Notes: generated by a model not told the origin, from the letters alone. A DNA stretch of 64,000 bases from Armatimonadota bacterium (GCA_034722055.1 JAYENL010000314.1:32001-96000), one strand, 5' to 3'; numbered from the stretch's first letter, positions 26,941-35,901 are shown. Numbers and translations are program-made.

Positions 26941-29817
26941 ATGGGGCGTCTGCTCGACCGCAGTGTGCCGGAGCGCCTTGGCCTGGCCGTAGGGCTGAGC
27001 CTCTTCCTGCTCGTGCTGCTGTTGGATGGCCTGGGGCGACTTCAGGGCCTGGAGAACACGCTCCTGGGCGTGCGCTACGAGCTCCGTGGCCCCCGCGATC
27101 CCGCCGCGGAGGTCGTGCTGATCCCGTTTGAGGAGGGCAGCATTTTCGCCGGGGAGGGCGCTCTGCCATGGTCGCGGCAGGGCCTGGCGGGAGTGGTGGC
27201 GCGGCTGGATCAGGCCGGCGCTGCCGTCATCGGCCTGGACCTGCCGGCGCTGGCCGGGGGGGTCATCCCCCCGCTGAGACCGGGCGAGGATCGGATGCTG
27301 GCGGCGGCGATGAAGGCGCATGGGGGGGTGGTGCTGCCCATGGTCATCCGGGAGACGGCCTCCGCGGCGCCGCCATCAGACGCCGCGAACCGCTTCGCGC
27401 TGGGGCCGGGGAGGCTACCCAGGCCCGCGCACCTCCGGCCGGGCCATCTGGCGGTGCCCTCCAGGACTCTGTGCGAGGCGGCCGCGGGGCTGGGCACCAC
27501 GAACATCTACCCCGACCTCGACGGCTCCACCATCGAGGCGCCTCTGGCGGCCTCCTGGGGGAGCACCATCTACCCGTCATTCTGGCTGGAGCTGGTGCGG
27601 GTGCTGGAGGGGCTCCCACCCGGCGCCGCCGAGATGGCCGAGGGCGAGGTTCGCGTGGGCCCCCGGAGCTACGCCGTCGATCCCCAGGCGGAGATCCTGA
27701 TCAACTACGTGGGCAAGTACCGTCAGTTCCCGCGCCTTCCCTACCACTCCGCGACCGAGATGCCTCTGGCGAACCTTCGCAGCGTTGTCGAGGGGAGGAT
27801 CGTGCTGGTAGGCAACGACCTGGCGGGCGTGACATCCATGCTGCGCACGCCGACCTCGCCGCTGATGCCGGGCGTTGAGATCGCCGCCACCGTGACGGAG
27901 AATCTGGCGGCGGCCACCATGCTCCGGCGGGCGCCGGCCTGGCTGGTGTGGGTGGCCACGCTGGTGCTGGTGCTGTGCGCGGGATGGATGACGGCCCGGG
28001 CGTCGCCGCTGGGCGGGGTGTTCATGACCCTGATACTGCTGGGCGTTACGGCGGTCGCGGGTCTAGCGCTGTTCATGGTGGGCGTCTACGTGGCGGTCGT
28101 CCCGGCCTTGCTGGCCGTGGCCCTGACGGGCGGGACTCTCACGGTCACTTCTGCCGCGGAGGCCGAGCGCCACCGGACAGAGGCGGAGGGGCGGCTGCAG
28201 TCGCGGCTGCAGGCCATCGCCGGCATCGGCCGCCTGGTGAACTCCAGCCTGGACGACGAGCAGCTTCTCGTGGAGATCCTCCGCTGGGCGGAGAGCGAGA
28301 TCAACGCCGAGGCCTGCTCGCTGCTTCTCATGGAGCCGGACGGTGAGACGCTGCGGTTTGAGGTGGCGCTGGGCGAGAAGGGGCACATGCTCAAGGACAT
28401 CCGCCTCCGCGTTGGCGAGGGCCTGGCCGGGACGGCAGCAGCTACCCGCGAGCCCATCGTGGCCGACGACGTGACAGGCGATGAGCGCTGGAGCCGGGAT
28501 GTGGCCTACGCCATCGACTACGAGACCGAGTCCATCGCCTGCGTGCCCATGGTGCTGCGGGACGAGGTCCTGGGCGTGATCGAGGTCATCAACAAGCGGG
28601 GCGGGAGGTTCGGCGACTACGACATCCAGCTTCTGCAGGTGATCGCCCACCAGTCGGCGCTGTTCCTGGAGAACGCGCGTCTGTATCGGGCGCTGTCGGA
28701 GAAGGTGGACCTGGCCAACGAGGAGCTGCGGCAGGCCAACGAGCGCCTGCAGTTCGAGATGGCGCGCATCGCCACTCTGGTGGACGAGATGGGTGATGCG
28801 GTGGTGGCCACCGACGAGGCCGACCAAGTGGTGATCTTCAACAACGCTGCGGAGCGCATCTTCGGCATCAAGGAGAGCGAGGCTCGCGGTCGGCAGGCGG
28901 TCACCGTCTTCGATCATCCTGAGCTGGCCAGGCTCTTCGGCATGCCCCTGTCGCCGCACGGTGGCTCCTACGAGACGGAGATCACCCTCGACGGGGCTCA
29001 GCCGCTGGTGGTGCGGGCCCAGATCGCGCTTATCGAGCAGCCCGGTCAGGCGGAGGTGGGCAAGTGCGCGGTGTTCAGCGACATCACGCACCTCAAAGAG
29101 CTGGACCGCATGAAGACCGACCTCATCTCGTTCGTCTCCCACGAGCTGAAGAACCCCATCTCGTCGCTGCAGGGGGCTTGCCGCCTGCTGCACGACCGCC
29201 TGGACGTGGAGGACCCCCGCACCGGAAGGCTGCTGGAGATCGCCTCCCGACAGGGGCGCCGGATGCAGCACCTGGTGCAGGGCTTCCTGGACCTGTCCCG
29301 GATCGAGGCCGGGCACCCGCTGGAGCTCAACTGGGAAGAGGTGACTGACCTTCGGGGGCTGATCGGGGAGGTGATGTCCTTGATCCGCGGCATGGGCTCG
29401 GAGCACCACCTGCACGCTGAGGTGGATGAGGACCTGCCGGCCTTCTGGGCCGACCGTGAGAAGCTGGAGGCAGTCCTCATCAACCTCATTGACAACGCGG
29501 TCAAATACTCACCGGACGGCGGCGATGTCACGGTCCGGGCCCTGCTGCGCGATGAGCGGGTGATGATTGAGGTGGAGGACGAGGGAGTGGGGATCCGGGA
29601 GGAGGACCTTCCCAAGCTCTTCAAGAGCTTCCAGCGGATCCACGACTCCACCTACGGGCGGGTGAGCGGCACCGGCGTGGGACTCTACATCTGCAAGCAC
29701 ATCATTGAGGCGCATGGGGGAGACATCACGGTGGAGAGCACCTGGGGGGAGGGATCCATCTTCCGCCTGCACATCCCCCTGCGCGAGGCGCCGCCGGAGG
29801 GCGCGGCGGACCGATGA
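26941..29817 (+). CDS. CHASE2-GAF-PAS sensor histidine kinase
   Basis: AGAAVIGLD, GRIVLVG, TP....MPGVEI (CHASE2), TMs, GAF (GEGLAG, GVIEVIN), PAS (FNNAAERIFG), VSHELKNP, NLIDNAVKYS, DEGVGI, GTGVGL. Confidence 0.92.
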   Translation: MGRLLDRSVPERLGLAVGLSLFLLVLLLDGLGRLQGLENTLLGVRYELRGPRDPAAEVVLIPFEEGSIFAGEGALPWSRQGLAGVVARLDQAGAAVIGLDLPALAGGVIPPLRPGEDRMLAAAMKAHGGVVLPMVIRETASAAPPSDAANRFALGPGRLPRPAHLRPGHLAVPSRTLCEAAAGLGTTNIYPDLDGSTIEAPLAASWGSTIYPSFWLELVRVLEGLPPGAAEMAEGEVRVGPRSYAVDPQAEILINYVGKYRQFPRLPYHSATEMPLANLRSVVEGRIVLVGNDLAGVTSMLRTPTSPLMPGVEIAATVTENLAAATMLRRAPAWLVWVATLVLVLCAGWMTARASPLGGVFMTLILLGVTAVAGLALFMVGVYVAVVPALLAVALTGGTLTVTSAAEAERHRTEAEGRLQSRLQAIAGIGRLVNSSLDDEQLLVEILRWAESEINAEACSLLLMEPDGETLRFEVALGEKGHMLKDIRLRVGEGLAGTAAATREPIVADDVTGDERWSRDVAYAIDYETESIACVPMVLRDEVLGVIEVINKRGGRFGDYDIQLLQVIAHQSALFLENARLYRALSEKVDLANEELRQANERLQFEMARIATLVDEMGDAVVATDEADQVVIFNNAAERIFGIKESEARGRQAVTVFDHPELARLFGMPLSPHGGSYETEITLDGAQPLVVRAQIALIEQPGQAEVGKCAVFSDITHLKELDRMKTDLISFVSHELKNPISSLQGACRLLHDRLDVEDPRTGRLLEIASRQGRRMQHLVQGFLDLSRIEAGHPLELNWEEVTDLRGLIGEVMSLIRGMGSEHHLHAEVDEDLPAFWADREKLEAVLINLIDNAVKYSPDGGDVTVRALLRDERVMIEVEDEGVGIREEDLPKLFKSFQRIHDSTYGRVSGTGVGLYICKHIIEAHGGDITVESTWGEGSIFRLHIPLREAPPEGAADR

Positions 29818-30023
29818 GAGATCACCGGCTGCGGGAGGGGGACGTGGTGCGCCTGAAGAAGCCCCATCCCTGTGGGGCCAATGCCTGGGAGGTCATGCGG
29901 CTGGGCATGGACATCAAGCTCCGGTGCACCGGCTGCGGACACATCATACGCATGGCGCGGTCGCGCCTGGAACGTCGCATTCGGGGGTACGTGGAAGACG
30001 ACGGGGACGGTGGGGAGGCGTGA
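29814..30023 (+). CDS. DUF951 family small protein
   Basis: GDVVRLKKPHPCG...WEVMRLGMDIKLRCTGCGH. Confidence 0.9.
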   Translation: MRDHRLREGDVVRLKKPHPCGANAWEVMRLGMDIKLRCTGCGHIIRMARSRLERRIRGYVEDDGDGGEA

Positions 30024-30493
30024 AGGAGGCGCAGTTCTTGCGCCAGACCTTCGCCAGGCTGCCCACGGCCGATTGTGAGGGCTGCCACGGCTGCGCCTCG
30101 CGCTGTGTGGGCAATCTTCGCATCACGCGGACCGAGTTCGAGGCCATTGGCGACTACCTCGGTGGCGGGATGTACTTCCCCGCCGCTCGGACCAACGCGC
30201 AGATGGTGGTGCCGTGCGAGTTCAGCGAGCCGGATGGGCCGCACTGTGTCATCTACCCGGTGCGACCGCTGATCTGTCGCCTCTTCGGGATAGTGCCGTG
30301 GCTGCCGTGCCCGCTCGGGCGGGCCCTGCCGACGGTCCCCGACGCGGCGGAGATCATGCAGCAGTATCAGCAGTTCGAGCGCCACAGCTTCCGGCAGTGG
30401 CTGCGCTGCGGCCCATCGCGCGGGACCGTCCTGGCGCCGGATGCAGCGACACGCACAGGAAGGATGCAGACATCGAGACATGGCAACAGTTGA
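30020..30493 (+). CDS. YkgJ-family cysteine-cluster protein
   Basis: CEGCHGCASRC, CEF, CVIYPVRPLICRLFG; GTG overlaps the DUF951 stop. Confidence 0.8.
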   Translation: MKEAQFLRQTFARLPTADCEGCHGCASRCVGNLRITRTEFEAIGDYLGGGMYFPAARTNAQMVVPCEFSEPDGPHCVIYPVRPLICRLFGIVPWLPCPLGRALPTVPDAAEIMQQYQQFERHSFRQWLRCGPSRGTVLAPDAATRTGRMQTSRHGNS

Positions 30494-30923
30494 GAGCATG
30501 GTGCAGATCGACGCTTCCGTTGACCGCGTGTATGAGATCGCCCGCGACATCGAGGCCTTCCCGGAGTTCATGGATGACGTGGTTGAGGTGGAGATCCTGG
30601 AGCAGACCCCGGAGCGGCAGGTGAGCCGCTGGGTGGGGCTGATCAAGGAGTTCAATCGCACCATCGAGTGGACCGAGGAGGACCTCTGGGACGCCGAGGA
30701 GCGGAGCTGTCGCTTCTGCATGCTGGAGGGCGACTTCACCGCCTACAGCGGCATCTGGCTCTTCGAGGAGGTTGACGGCGGGACGGTGGCGAACCTCACC
30801 GTGGAATACGAGTACGATGTCCCGCTGATCGGTCCGCTGATCAAGAAGCTCCTGCACCGCAAGGTTCAGGAGAACTGTGATAACATGCTCGAGGCCATCA
30901 AGGACAGGGCCGAGAGCGAGTGA
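30480..30923 (+). CDS. SRPBCC/START (polyketide cyclase-like) protein
   Basis: IDASVDRVYEIARDIEAFPEFM, EGDF..YSG.W.F, AIKDRAE. Confidence 0.85.
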   Translation: MATVESMVQIDASVDRVYEIARDIEAFPEFMDDVVEVEILEQTPERQVSRWVGLIKEFNRTIEWTEEDLWDAEERSCRFCMLEGDFTAYSGIWLFEEVDGGTVANLTVEYEYDVPLIGPLIKKLLHRKVQENCDNMLEAIKDRAESE

Positions 30924-30985
30924 GTCGTGGACTGCTCCCGGCCGGAGCATCGTGATCGCCGGCGCAGTGTTGTGTCGGCCGCAGC

Positions 30986-31014
30986 TTGAGCGCGGGGTGC
31001 GGTTGTGATATACT
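30986..31014 (+). promoter_or_regulatory. sigma70-type promoter
   Basis: TTGAGC-17 bp-TATACT with extended -10 TGn. Confidence 0.65.
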
Positions 31015-31067
31015 GCGCCGGAGGCTGCATCGGATCCGGCCGGGCGCATCGAAAGGTGAGGTGCGAG

Positions 31068-31973
31068 ATGCAGATTCACCGCAACTATCGCACTGGGTTT
31101 GCAGTCATCGTCTCCGTGCTGTGCTGTCTTCTGGTGGTGGGCGTTGCGGACGCGCGCGAGGTGCAGCTTGCGGGCATCCGTCTCGGCCAGCACGCCGTGA
31201 ACCTGCTGGACATCTACGGGCAGCCCATGGGCATCGCCACCGGCCAGGGCCAGGCCTTCGCCGGTGGGGGGGCCGGCGCCGGCATGGGCGCCGGAATGGG
31301 CATGGGCGCTGAGATGCCTGGAGCGGCCATGGGCGCTGAGATGCCAGGGATGGGCCCCGGGATGGGCCCCGGCATGGGTATGGAGCCGGGTATGGGCGCG
31401 ATGCCGGCCGGACCTGAGGCCGGCATGGCCCCGGAGGCCGGGATGATGGGGCCCGGCGAGTTCCCGGGAGCCGAGATGGGCGCGCCCGGTGCCGGGCCGG
31501 CGGTCGGCGCTGCAGCCGCGGGCGCCGGGGTCCAGCGCGGCGCCTACCCCACGTGGGCCCTCCCGGTGTGGGTGGACCTGGGCTCGAACGAGATCCAGTG
31601 GCTGTATCGCGTGCGAGGCGTGGTGCTGGGCTTCGTGCTGGATCGCGACGGCTACATCAACTCCATTGCCATTGCCGGCGAGGAGTGTGACTTCGCCCGC
31701 ACCAGCCTGTGGCAGCCACATCAGTACGTGAAGCTCGGCGACACCTACAAGCATGTGATCTACCGTTACGGCTGGCCGGACGAGACCCTGACCTACTTCT
31801 CGCAGGGGCAGGGCGAAGTGGGGACGGGCGGCGGGCCGGTCAGCGTTACGTTCGGCGGCACGGTGCGCGAGTTCTCCCGCGACTCCATCCTGCGCTACAC
31901 CGAGCACAATAACGTGGAGTTCACCTTCCACGATATGAAGTGTGTCCGCATCCACATCTGGACCCACGAGTGA
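31068..31973 (+). CDS. Exported protein with Met/Gly/Pro low-complexity insert
   Basis: Signal peptide; two related 'LG........YG.P' segments; ~90-aa GMGPGMGAEMPG tract; own promoter and terminator. Confidence 0.8.
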   Translation: MQIHRNYRTGFAVIVSVLCCLLVVGVADAREVQLAGIRLGQHAVNLLDIYGQPMGIATGQGQAFAGGGAGAGMGAGMGMGAEMPGAAMGAEMPGMGPGMGPGMGMEPGMGAMPAGPEAGMAPEAGMMGPGEFPGAEMGAPGAGPAVGAAAAGAGVQRGAYPTWALPVWVDLGSNEIQWLYRVRGVVLGFVLDRDGYINSIAIAGEECDFARTSLWQPHQYVKLGDTYKHVIYRYGWPDETLTYFSQGQGEVGTGGGPVSVTFGGTVREFSRDSILRYTEHNNVEFTFHDMKCVRIHIWTHE

Positions 31974-31996
31974 GCGGCGCAGCACGTAGACCGAAC

Positions 31997-32027
31997 AGGC
32001 CCCCGGACTCCCGGGGGCCTTTGATTT
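31997..32027 (+). terminator. Rho-independent terminator
   Basis: AGGCCCCCGG-ACTC-CCGGGGGCCT followed by TTGATTT. Confidence 0.8.
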
Positions 32028-32408
32028 GGCTATGCACTACGTACCTGCTGGACGGCAACGGCGCGGGCGGGCAAGCAAGTCCGCCTCCTCTTGACGCCAT
32101 GCATTACCCACACCCGGCGCGCTCGCGCGAGTCCCTCGGCCGCACTGCGCGGCAAAGCGGTTCGCAATGTCGTTGCTGACGGCGAGCGGCAGACCGCCGG
32201 GATAGAAGCCGCCGCCTGCGCAAGACGGCTGCGCACGCGGCACCCTCGCTACGCTGGGGCGGCCTCTCAGTGCAACAACAGGCCTGAGCCCCGCCTCCGT
32301 CACAGGCCTCGGCCAGGATGTGGCTAATGCAGGGCCGTACGGCTGGGCGACGGTAAAACGACAATAGCCGGGCGGGTGAGATCGCTTGCGATCTCCGGAA
32401 GGGCGCGC

Positions 32409-32567
32409 TCACTGTTCCGTGGGCGGCGACGGCTCCTGCTGGCTATCACCTTCGGCGCCTCCGGCGGCCGGGACCCGCGACGCCCGTCCCTGCGAGAGAT
32501 AGAGGACCAGCAGCAGCATTGCCAGCGCCATGTCGAGGCCGGTTATGTGTGTCAGCAGATGGTGCAT
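32409..32567 (-). CDS. Small single-TM protein (52 aa), probably LexA-controlled
   Basis: AAGGAG SD; MHHLLTHITGLDMALAMLLLVLYLSQGRASRVPAAGGAEGDSQQEPSPPTEQ*; own promoter. Confidence 0.7.
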   Translation of the reverse strand: MHHLLTHITGLDMALAMLLLVLYLSQGRASRVPAAGGAEGDSQQEPSPPTEQ

Positions 32568-32585
32568 TGGTCTCGCTCCTTCCGC

Positions 32586-32650
32586 CGAACATCGGTTCGT
32601 AGTATACGTGGGCCGCCGACGAGAGTCAAGCCCGAGCGAATGTTCGTTCG
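32586..32650 (-). promoter_or_regulatory. sigma70 promoter flanked by two LexA/DinR-type SOS boxes
   Basis: TTGACT(32629-32624)-17-TATACT(32606-32601); CGAAC-ATCG-GTTCG (32586-32599) over the predicted TSS; CGAAT-GTTC-GTTCG (32637-32650) upstream of -35. Confidence 0.7.
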
Positions 32651-32714
32651 AAAGGAGTCCGCCATGTGGCGGGGCCGAGGCTACAGATGATGCCGAGGGA
32701 CTCTGCCATTGCCC

Positions 32715-32767
32715 TTGACGACACTCCTATAATAGTGTAACCTGATGGGCACTCTCATAGGAGTGTC
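32715..32767 (+). promoter_or_regulatory. sat operon promoter with twin palindromic operators
   Basis: TTGACG-17-TAACCT; ACACT-N8-AGTGT (32721-32738) and GCACT-N8-AGTGT (32749-32766); perfect IR GACACTCCTAT/ATAGGAGTGTC. Confidence 0.65.
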
Positions 32768-32815
32768 ACGTCGCGGGGCTGACGGCCATTGATTGAGGGA
32801 GGAAGCACACGCACC

Positions 32816-33970
32816 ATGATCGCACCGCACGGTGGAGAGCTCGTCAACAGCGTGCTGGAGGGGGAGGCCCTGGAGGAGGCGCGCGCCAGGGCGGCGGAGT
32901 TGCCGACGCTGGTGGTGCCGGAGGAGGCCATCAGTGATGTCCGCAACCTGGCGCGCGGAGTCTTCAGCCCCCTGCAGGGCTTCGTGACACGGGAGCAGTT
33001 CCTCGGGATCGTCAACGACGAGCGTCTGCCGGACGGCACCATCTTCCCCATCCCCATCTTCCTCACAGTCGATGATCCGGATCAGGTGCAGGGGGGCGGT
33101 GAGGTCGCCCTGGTGAGCGAGGCCGACCCGGACACGCCGGTGGCCCTCATGACGGTGCAGGAGGTCTTCGAGTGGGATAAGTCCGCCGCGGCGGCGGCGG
33201 TGTTCGGGACCGACGACATGGCACACCCCGGCGTGGCGGGCTACCACGCTCGCGGCGACTATATGGTGGGCGGCACGGTGGAGCTGCTGCACAACGGTCG
33301 CGGCCCCTTTGCCGAGGTGAACCTCTTCCCGGCGGAGACCCGGGAGCTGTTCGCCGATCGCCGGTGGCGGACCGTCTGTGCCTTCCAGACCCGGAACGTG
33401 CCGCACGTGGGCCACGAGGAGCTGCAGAAGACCGTGCTGGGGCTGGTTGACGGCCTCATGATCCAGCCGGTCATCGGGAAGAAGAAGACGGGTGACTACC
33501 AGGACGAGGTCATCATCGCGGCCTACCAGGCGCTGATCGCGAGCTACTTCCACCCCGACCACGTGCTGTTGAACATCCTCCCCACCGAGATGCGCTACGC
33601 CGGCCCCAGGGAGGCCATCCTGCACGGGATCATGCGCAAGAACTACGGCTGCACACACATCATCATCGGCCGCGACCACGCCGGCGTGGGGGACTACTAC
33701 GGCGAAGAGGAGGCCATTGAGAAGTTCGAGGCCATGGCCGATGAGCTGGAGATCCAGCCCATCACCATCCGCGGGGACTTCTGGTACTGCCGCACCTGCG
33801 GCAGGGTCGCCTCCAGCCGTACCTGCCCCCATGAGGGCGAGGCGCGCCTGTCGTTCAGCGGGACCGAGATACGGGCGATGATCAGCGAGGGCACACCGCC
33901 GCGGCCGGAGGTCATGCGGGCGGAGGTCTTCGAGGTCATCGAGCAGTTTGACCAGCCGTTCGTGTCGTAG
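32816..33970 (+). CDS. sat: Sulfate adenylyltransferase (ATP sulfurylase)
   Basis: APHGGELVN, FSPLQGF, AFQTRNVPHVGHE, MRYAGPREA, RKNYGCTHIIIGRDHAGVG, C..C...TCPH zinc site, SGTEIR. Confidence 0.95.
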   Translation: MIAPHGGELVNSVLEGEALEEARARAAELPTLVVPEEAISDVRNLARGVFSPLQGFVTREQFLGIVNDERLPDGTIFPIPIFLTVDDPDQVQGGGEVALVSEADPDTPVALMTVQEVFEWDKSAAAAAVFGTDDMAHPGVAGYHARGDYMVGGTVELLHNGRGPFAEVNLFPAETRELFADRRWRTVCAFQTRNVPHVGHEELQKTVLGLVDGLMIQPVIGKKKTGDYQDEVIIAAYQALIASYFHPDHVLLNILPTEMRYAGPREAILHGIMRKNYGCTHIIIGRDHAGVGDYYGEEEAIEKFEAMADELEIQPITIRGDFWYCRTCGRVASSRTCPHEGEARLSFSGTEIRAMISEGTPPRPEVMRAEVFEVIEQFDQPFVS

Positions 33971-33998
33971 CCGAATCCGGGCGGACGAGGAGAGCATC

Positions 33999-34556
33999 AT
34001 GCAGAGCGGAGTCGTCATCTGGTTCACGGGCATTCCGGCCTCTGGCAAGTCCACGCTGGCCACGGCGGTGCAGGAGCGGCTGGAGGCCATGGGCCTGCCG
34101 GTCGAGAACCTCGACGCCGACGAGGTGCGGGCCAACCTCAGCCCCAACCTGGGCTACACGGAGGAGGCCCGCGACGAGAACACCAAGCGCCTGGCGTGGT
34201 TCGCGCAGAAGCTGGCGGGGTACGGGGCGAACGTGATGATCGCGGCGGTGGCCCCCAAGCGCCGCTACCGGGCCCGCGGCCGCCAGTGGTGCGACAGGTT
34301 CGTGGAGGTCTACGTGGAGTGCCCGCTGGAGGTGTGCCAGCAGCGCGATCCCAAGGGCCTCTACGCCCGCGCCGCGCGCGGCGAGGTCAGCGACATCGCC
34401 GGCCTGCACCAGCCCTACGAGGCGCCGGAGGCCCCGGAGGTGCACGTGACGACCTCCGAGTCCACCATCGAGGAGTGCACCGACGCCGTGATGGCCGCGC
34501 TGGCGGAGCTGGGCCATCTGTCCCTGGAGCCGGCCATGAGGCAGGCGAGCGAGTGA
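33999..34556 (+). CDS. cysC: Adenylyl-sulfate kinase
   Basis: WFTGIPASGKST, LDADEVR, RDPKGLYARA..GE, PYEAP. Confidence 0.93.
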   Translation: MQSGVVIWFTGIPASGKSTLATAVQERLEAMGLPVENLDADEVRANLSPNLGYTEEARDENTKRLAWFAQKLAGYGANVMIAAVAPKRRYRARGRQWCDRFVEVYVECPLEVCQQRDPKGLYARAARGEVSDIAGLHQPYEAPEAPEVHVTTSESTIEECTDAVMAALAELGHLSLEPAMRQASE

Positions 34557-34557
34557 C

Positions 34558-35901
34558 ATGCTTCGCTGGTTCAGGCGCGGACCGCAGCGGAAGCTGGTCA
34601 TCATCGGCCTCGACGGCGTCCCCCACTCCCTGCTCACGGAGCTGATGGAGGCCGGTGAGATGCCCACGCTGGCCCAGATGGCGGGGTGCGGCGACCTCCG
34701 CCCCGCTCGCTCCACGCAGCCGACCGTCTCCTGCGCGGCGTGGACGTCCTTCGTCACCGGCGTGAACCCCGGCGTCCACGGCGTCTTCGGCTTCGTGGAT
34801 CGCCGGCCCGGCTCCTACCAGCAGTACATCACCGGCGCGCCCCACGTGAAGTCGCCGCAACTGTGGCGGATGGTGGGTGAGCGCGACCACCGCGTCATCA
34901 TCATGAACGTGCCGGTCACCTCTCCGCCACCGGAGGTCAACGGCCTCCTGGTGGGCGGCTTCCTGGCGCCGAAGCTGGAGGGCGCCACCCACCCGCCGGA
35001 GCTCGCCACTCGGCTGGAGCGCCTCGGCTACCGCATCGACATCGACCCCTGGCAGGCCCGGCAGTCCCTGGACCTGCTGCTGGAGGACCTCGACGCCACC
35101 CTCGCTGGGCGGGTCGCCGGGGCCACGGAGCTGCTCTCGCGTGAGCGGTGGTCCCTGGCGATGGTGCACATCATGGGGACCGATCGCATCAACCACTTCC
35201 TGTGGGCCAAGTGGGATGACAAAGACCCCCAGTACGCCCCGCGCTTCGTCGAGTACTACTCCAAGGTGGACGCCGCGGTGGCGCAGATCGCGGAGGCGGC
35301 GGGCGACGACGCGGAGTTGCTGCTGCTCAGCGACCACGGCTTCACGCGCACGGTTCACGAGATCAACCTCGACGTGTGGCTGCGGGAGCGCGGCTACCTG
35401 AGCGTCCCGGTGTCGGAGGAGGCCGGCATTGGCGACGTGGATGAGCGGACGCGCGTCTTCTCGATGACCCCGGGGCGCATCTACGTCAACCTTCGCGGCC
35501 GCGAGCCGCAGGGCAGCGTCGAGCCGGGTGAGGAGTATGACGCCTTGCGGGCGGAGGTGGCAGCGGAGCTGATGGAGCTGACCGACCCGGACTCAGGCCA
35601 GCCGGTGCTGCAGAGCGTGCAGCCGCGGGAGAAGCTGTTCTCGGGGGCGGCGCTGGAGCAGGCGCCGGACCTGCTGGCGATCCCCCGCGACGGCTACGAT
35701 CTCAAGAGCGCGCTGGGCGGCGAGGAGCTGTTCACCTCCAGCCCCATCACCGGTATGCACACCTTCGACGACGCCTTCTGGCTGATCCGCGGCAGGCAGT
35801 TCGCGGACGGCACCCCGCGCGTGGAGGACGGCGCCCCAACCGCGCTGGCGCTGCTGGAGGAGGAGATCCCCGGGCACATCGAGGGCCGCCCCATGGCATG
35901 A
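34558..35901 (+). CDS. Alkaline phosphatase superfamily protein (nucleotide pyrophosphatase/phosphodiesterase-like)
   Basis: IIGLDGV, STQPTVSCAAWTSFVTGVNPGVHGVFGF, TDRINH, LSDHGF, IYVNLRGREPQG, TGMH. Confidence 0.85.
   Translation: MLRWFRRGPQRKLVIIGLDGVPHSLLTELMEAGEMPTLAQMAGCGDLRPARSTQPTVSCAAWTSFVTGVNPGVHGVFGFVDRRPGSYQQYITGAPHVKSPQLWRMVGERDHRVIIMNVPVTSPPPEVNGLLVGGFLAPKLEGATHPPELATRLERLGYRIDIDPWQARQSLDLLLEDLDATLAGRVAGATELLSRERWSLAMVHIMGTDRINHFLWAKWDDKDPQYAPRFVEYYSKVDAAVAQIAEAAGDDAELLLLSDHGFTRTVHEINLDVWLRERGYLSVPVSEEAGIGDVDERTRVFSMTPGRIYVNLRGREPQGSVEPGEEYDALRAEVAAELMELTDPDSGQPVLQSVQPREKLFSGAALEQAPDLLAIPRDGYDLKSALGGEELFTSSPITGMHTFDDAFWLIRGRQFADGTPRVEDGAPTALALLEEEIPGHIEGRPMA

Noticed and set aside
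32728..32733. TATAAT as the -10 of the sat promoter
   Set aside because: Only 7 bp from TTGACG and without a -35 at correct spacing; TAACCT at 32738 fits better, and TATAAT lies in the operator spacer.
32748..32768. GCACTC...GAGTG as a CIRCE/HrcA site
   Set aside because: The spacer is 6 rather than 9 bp, the TTA/TAA flanks are missing, and the downstream genes are not chaperones.
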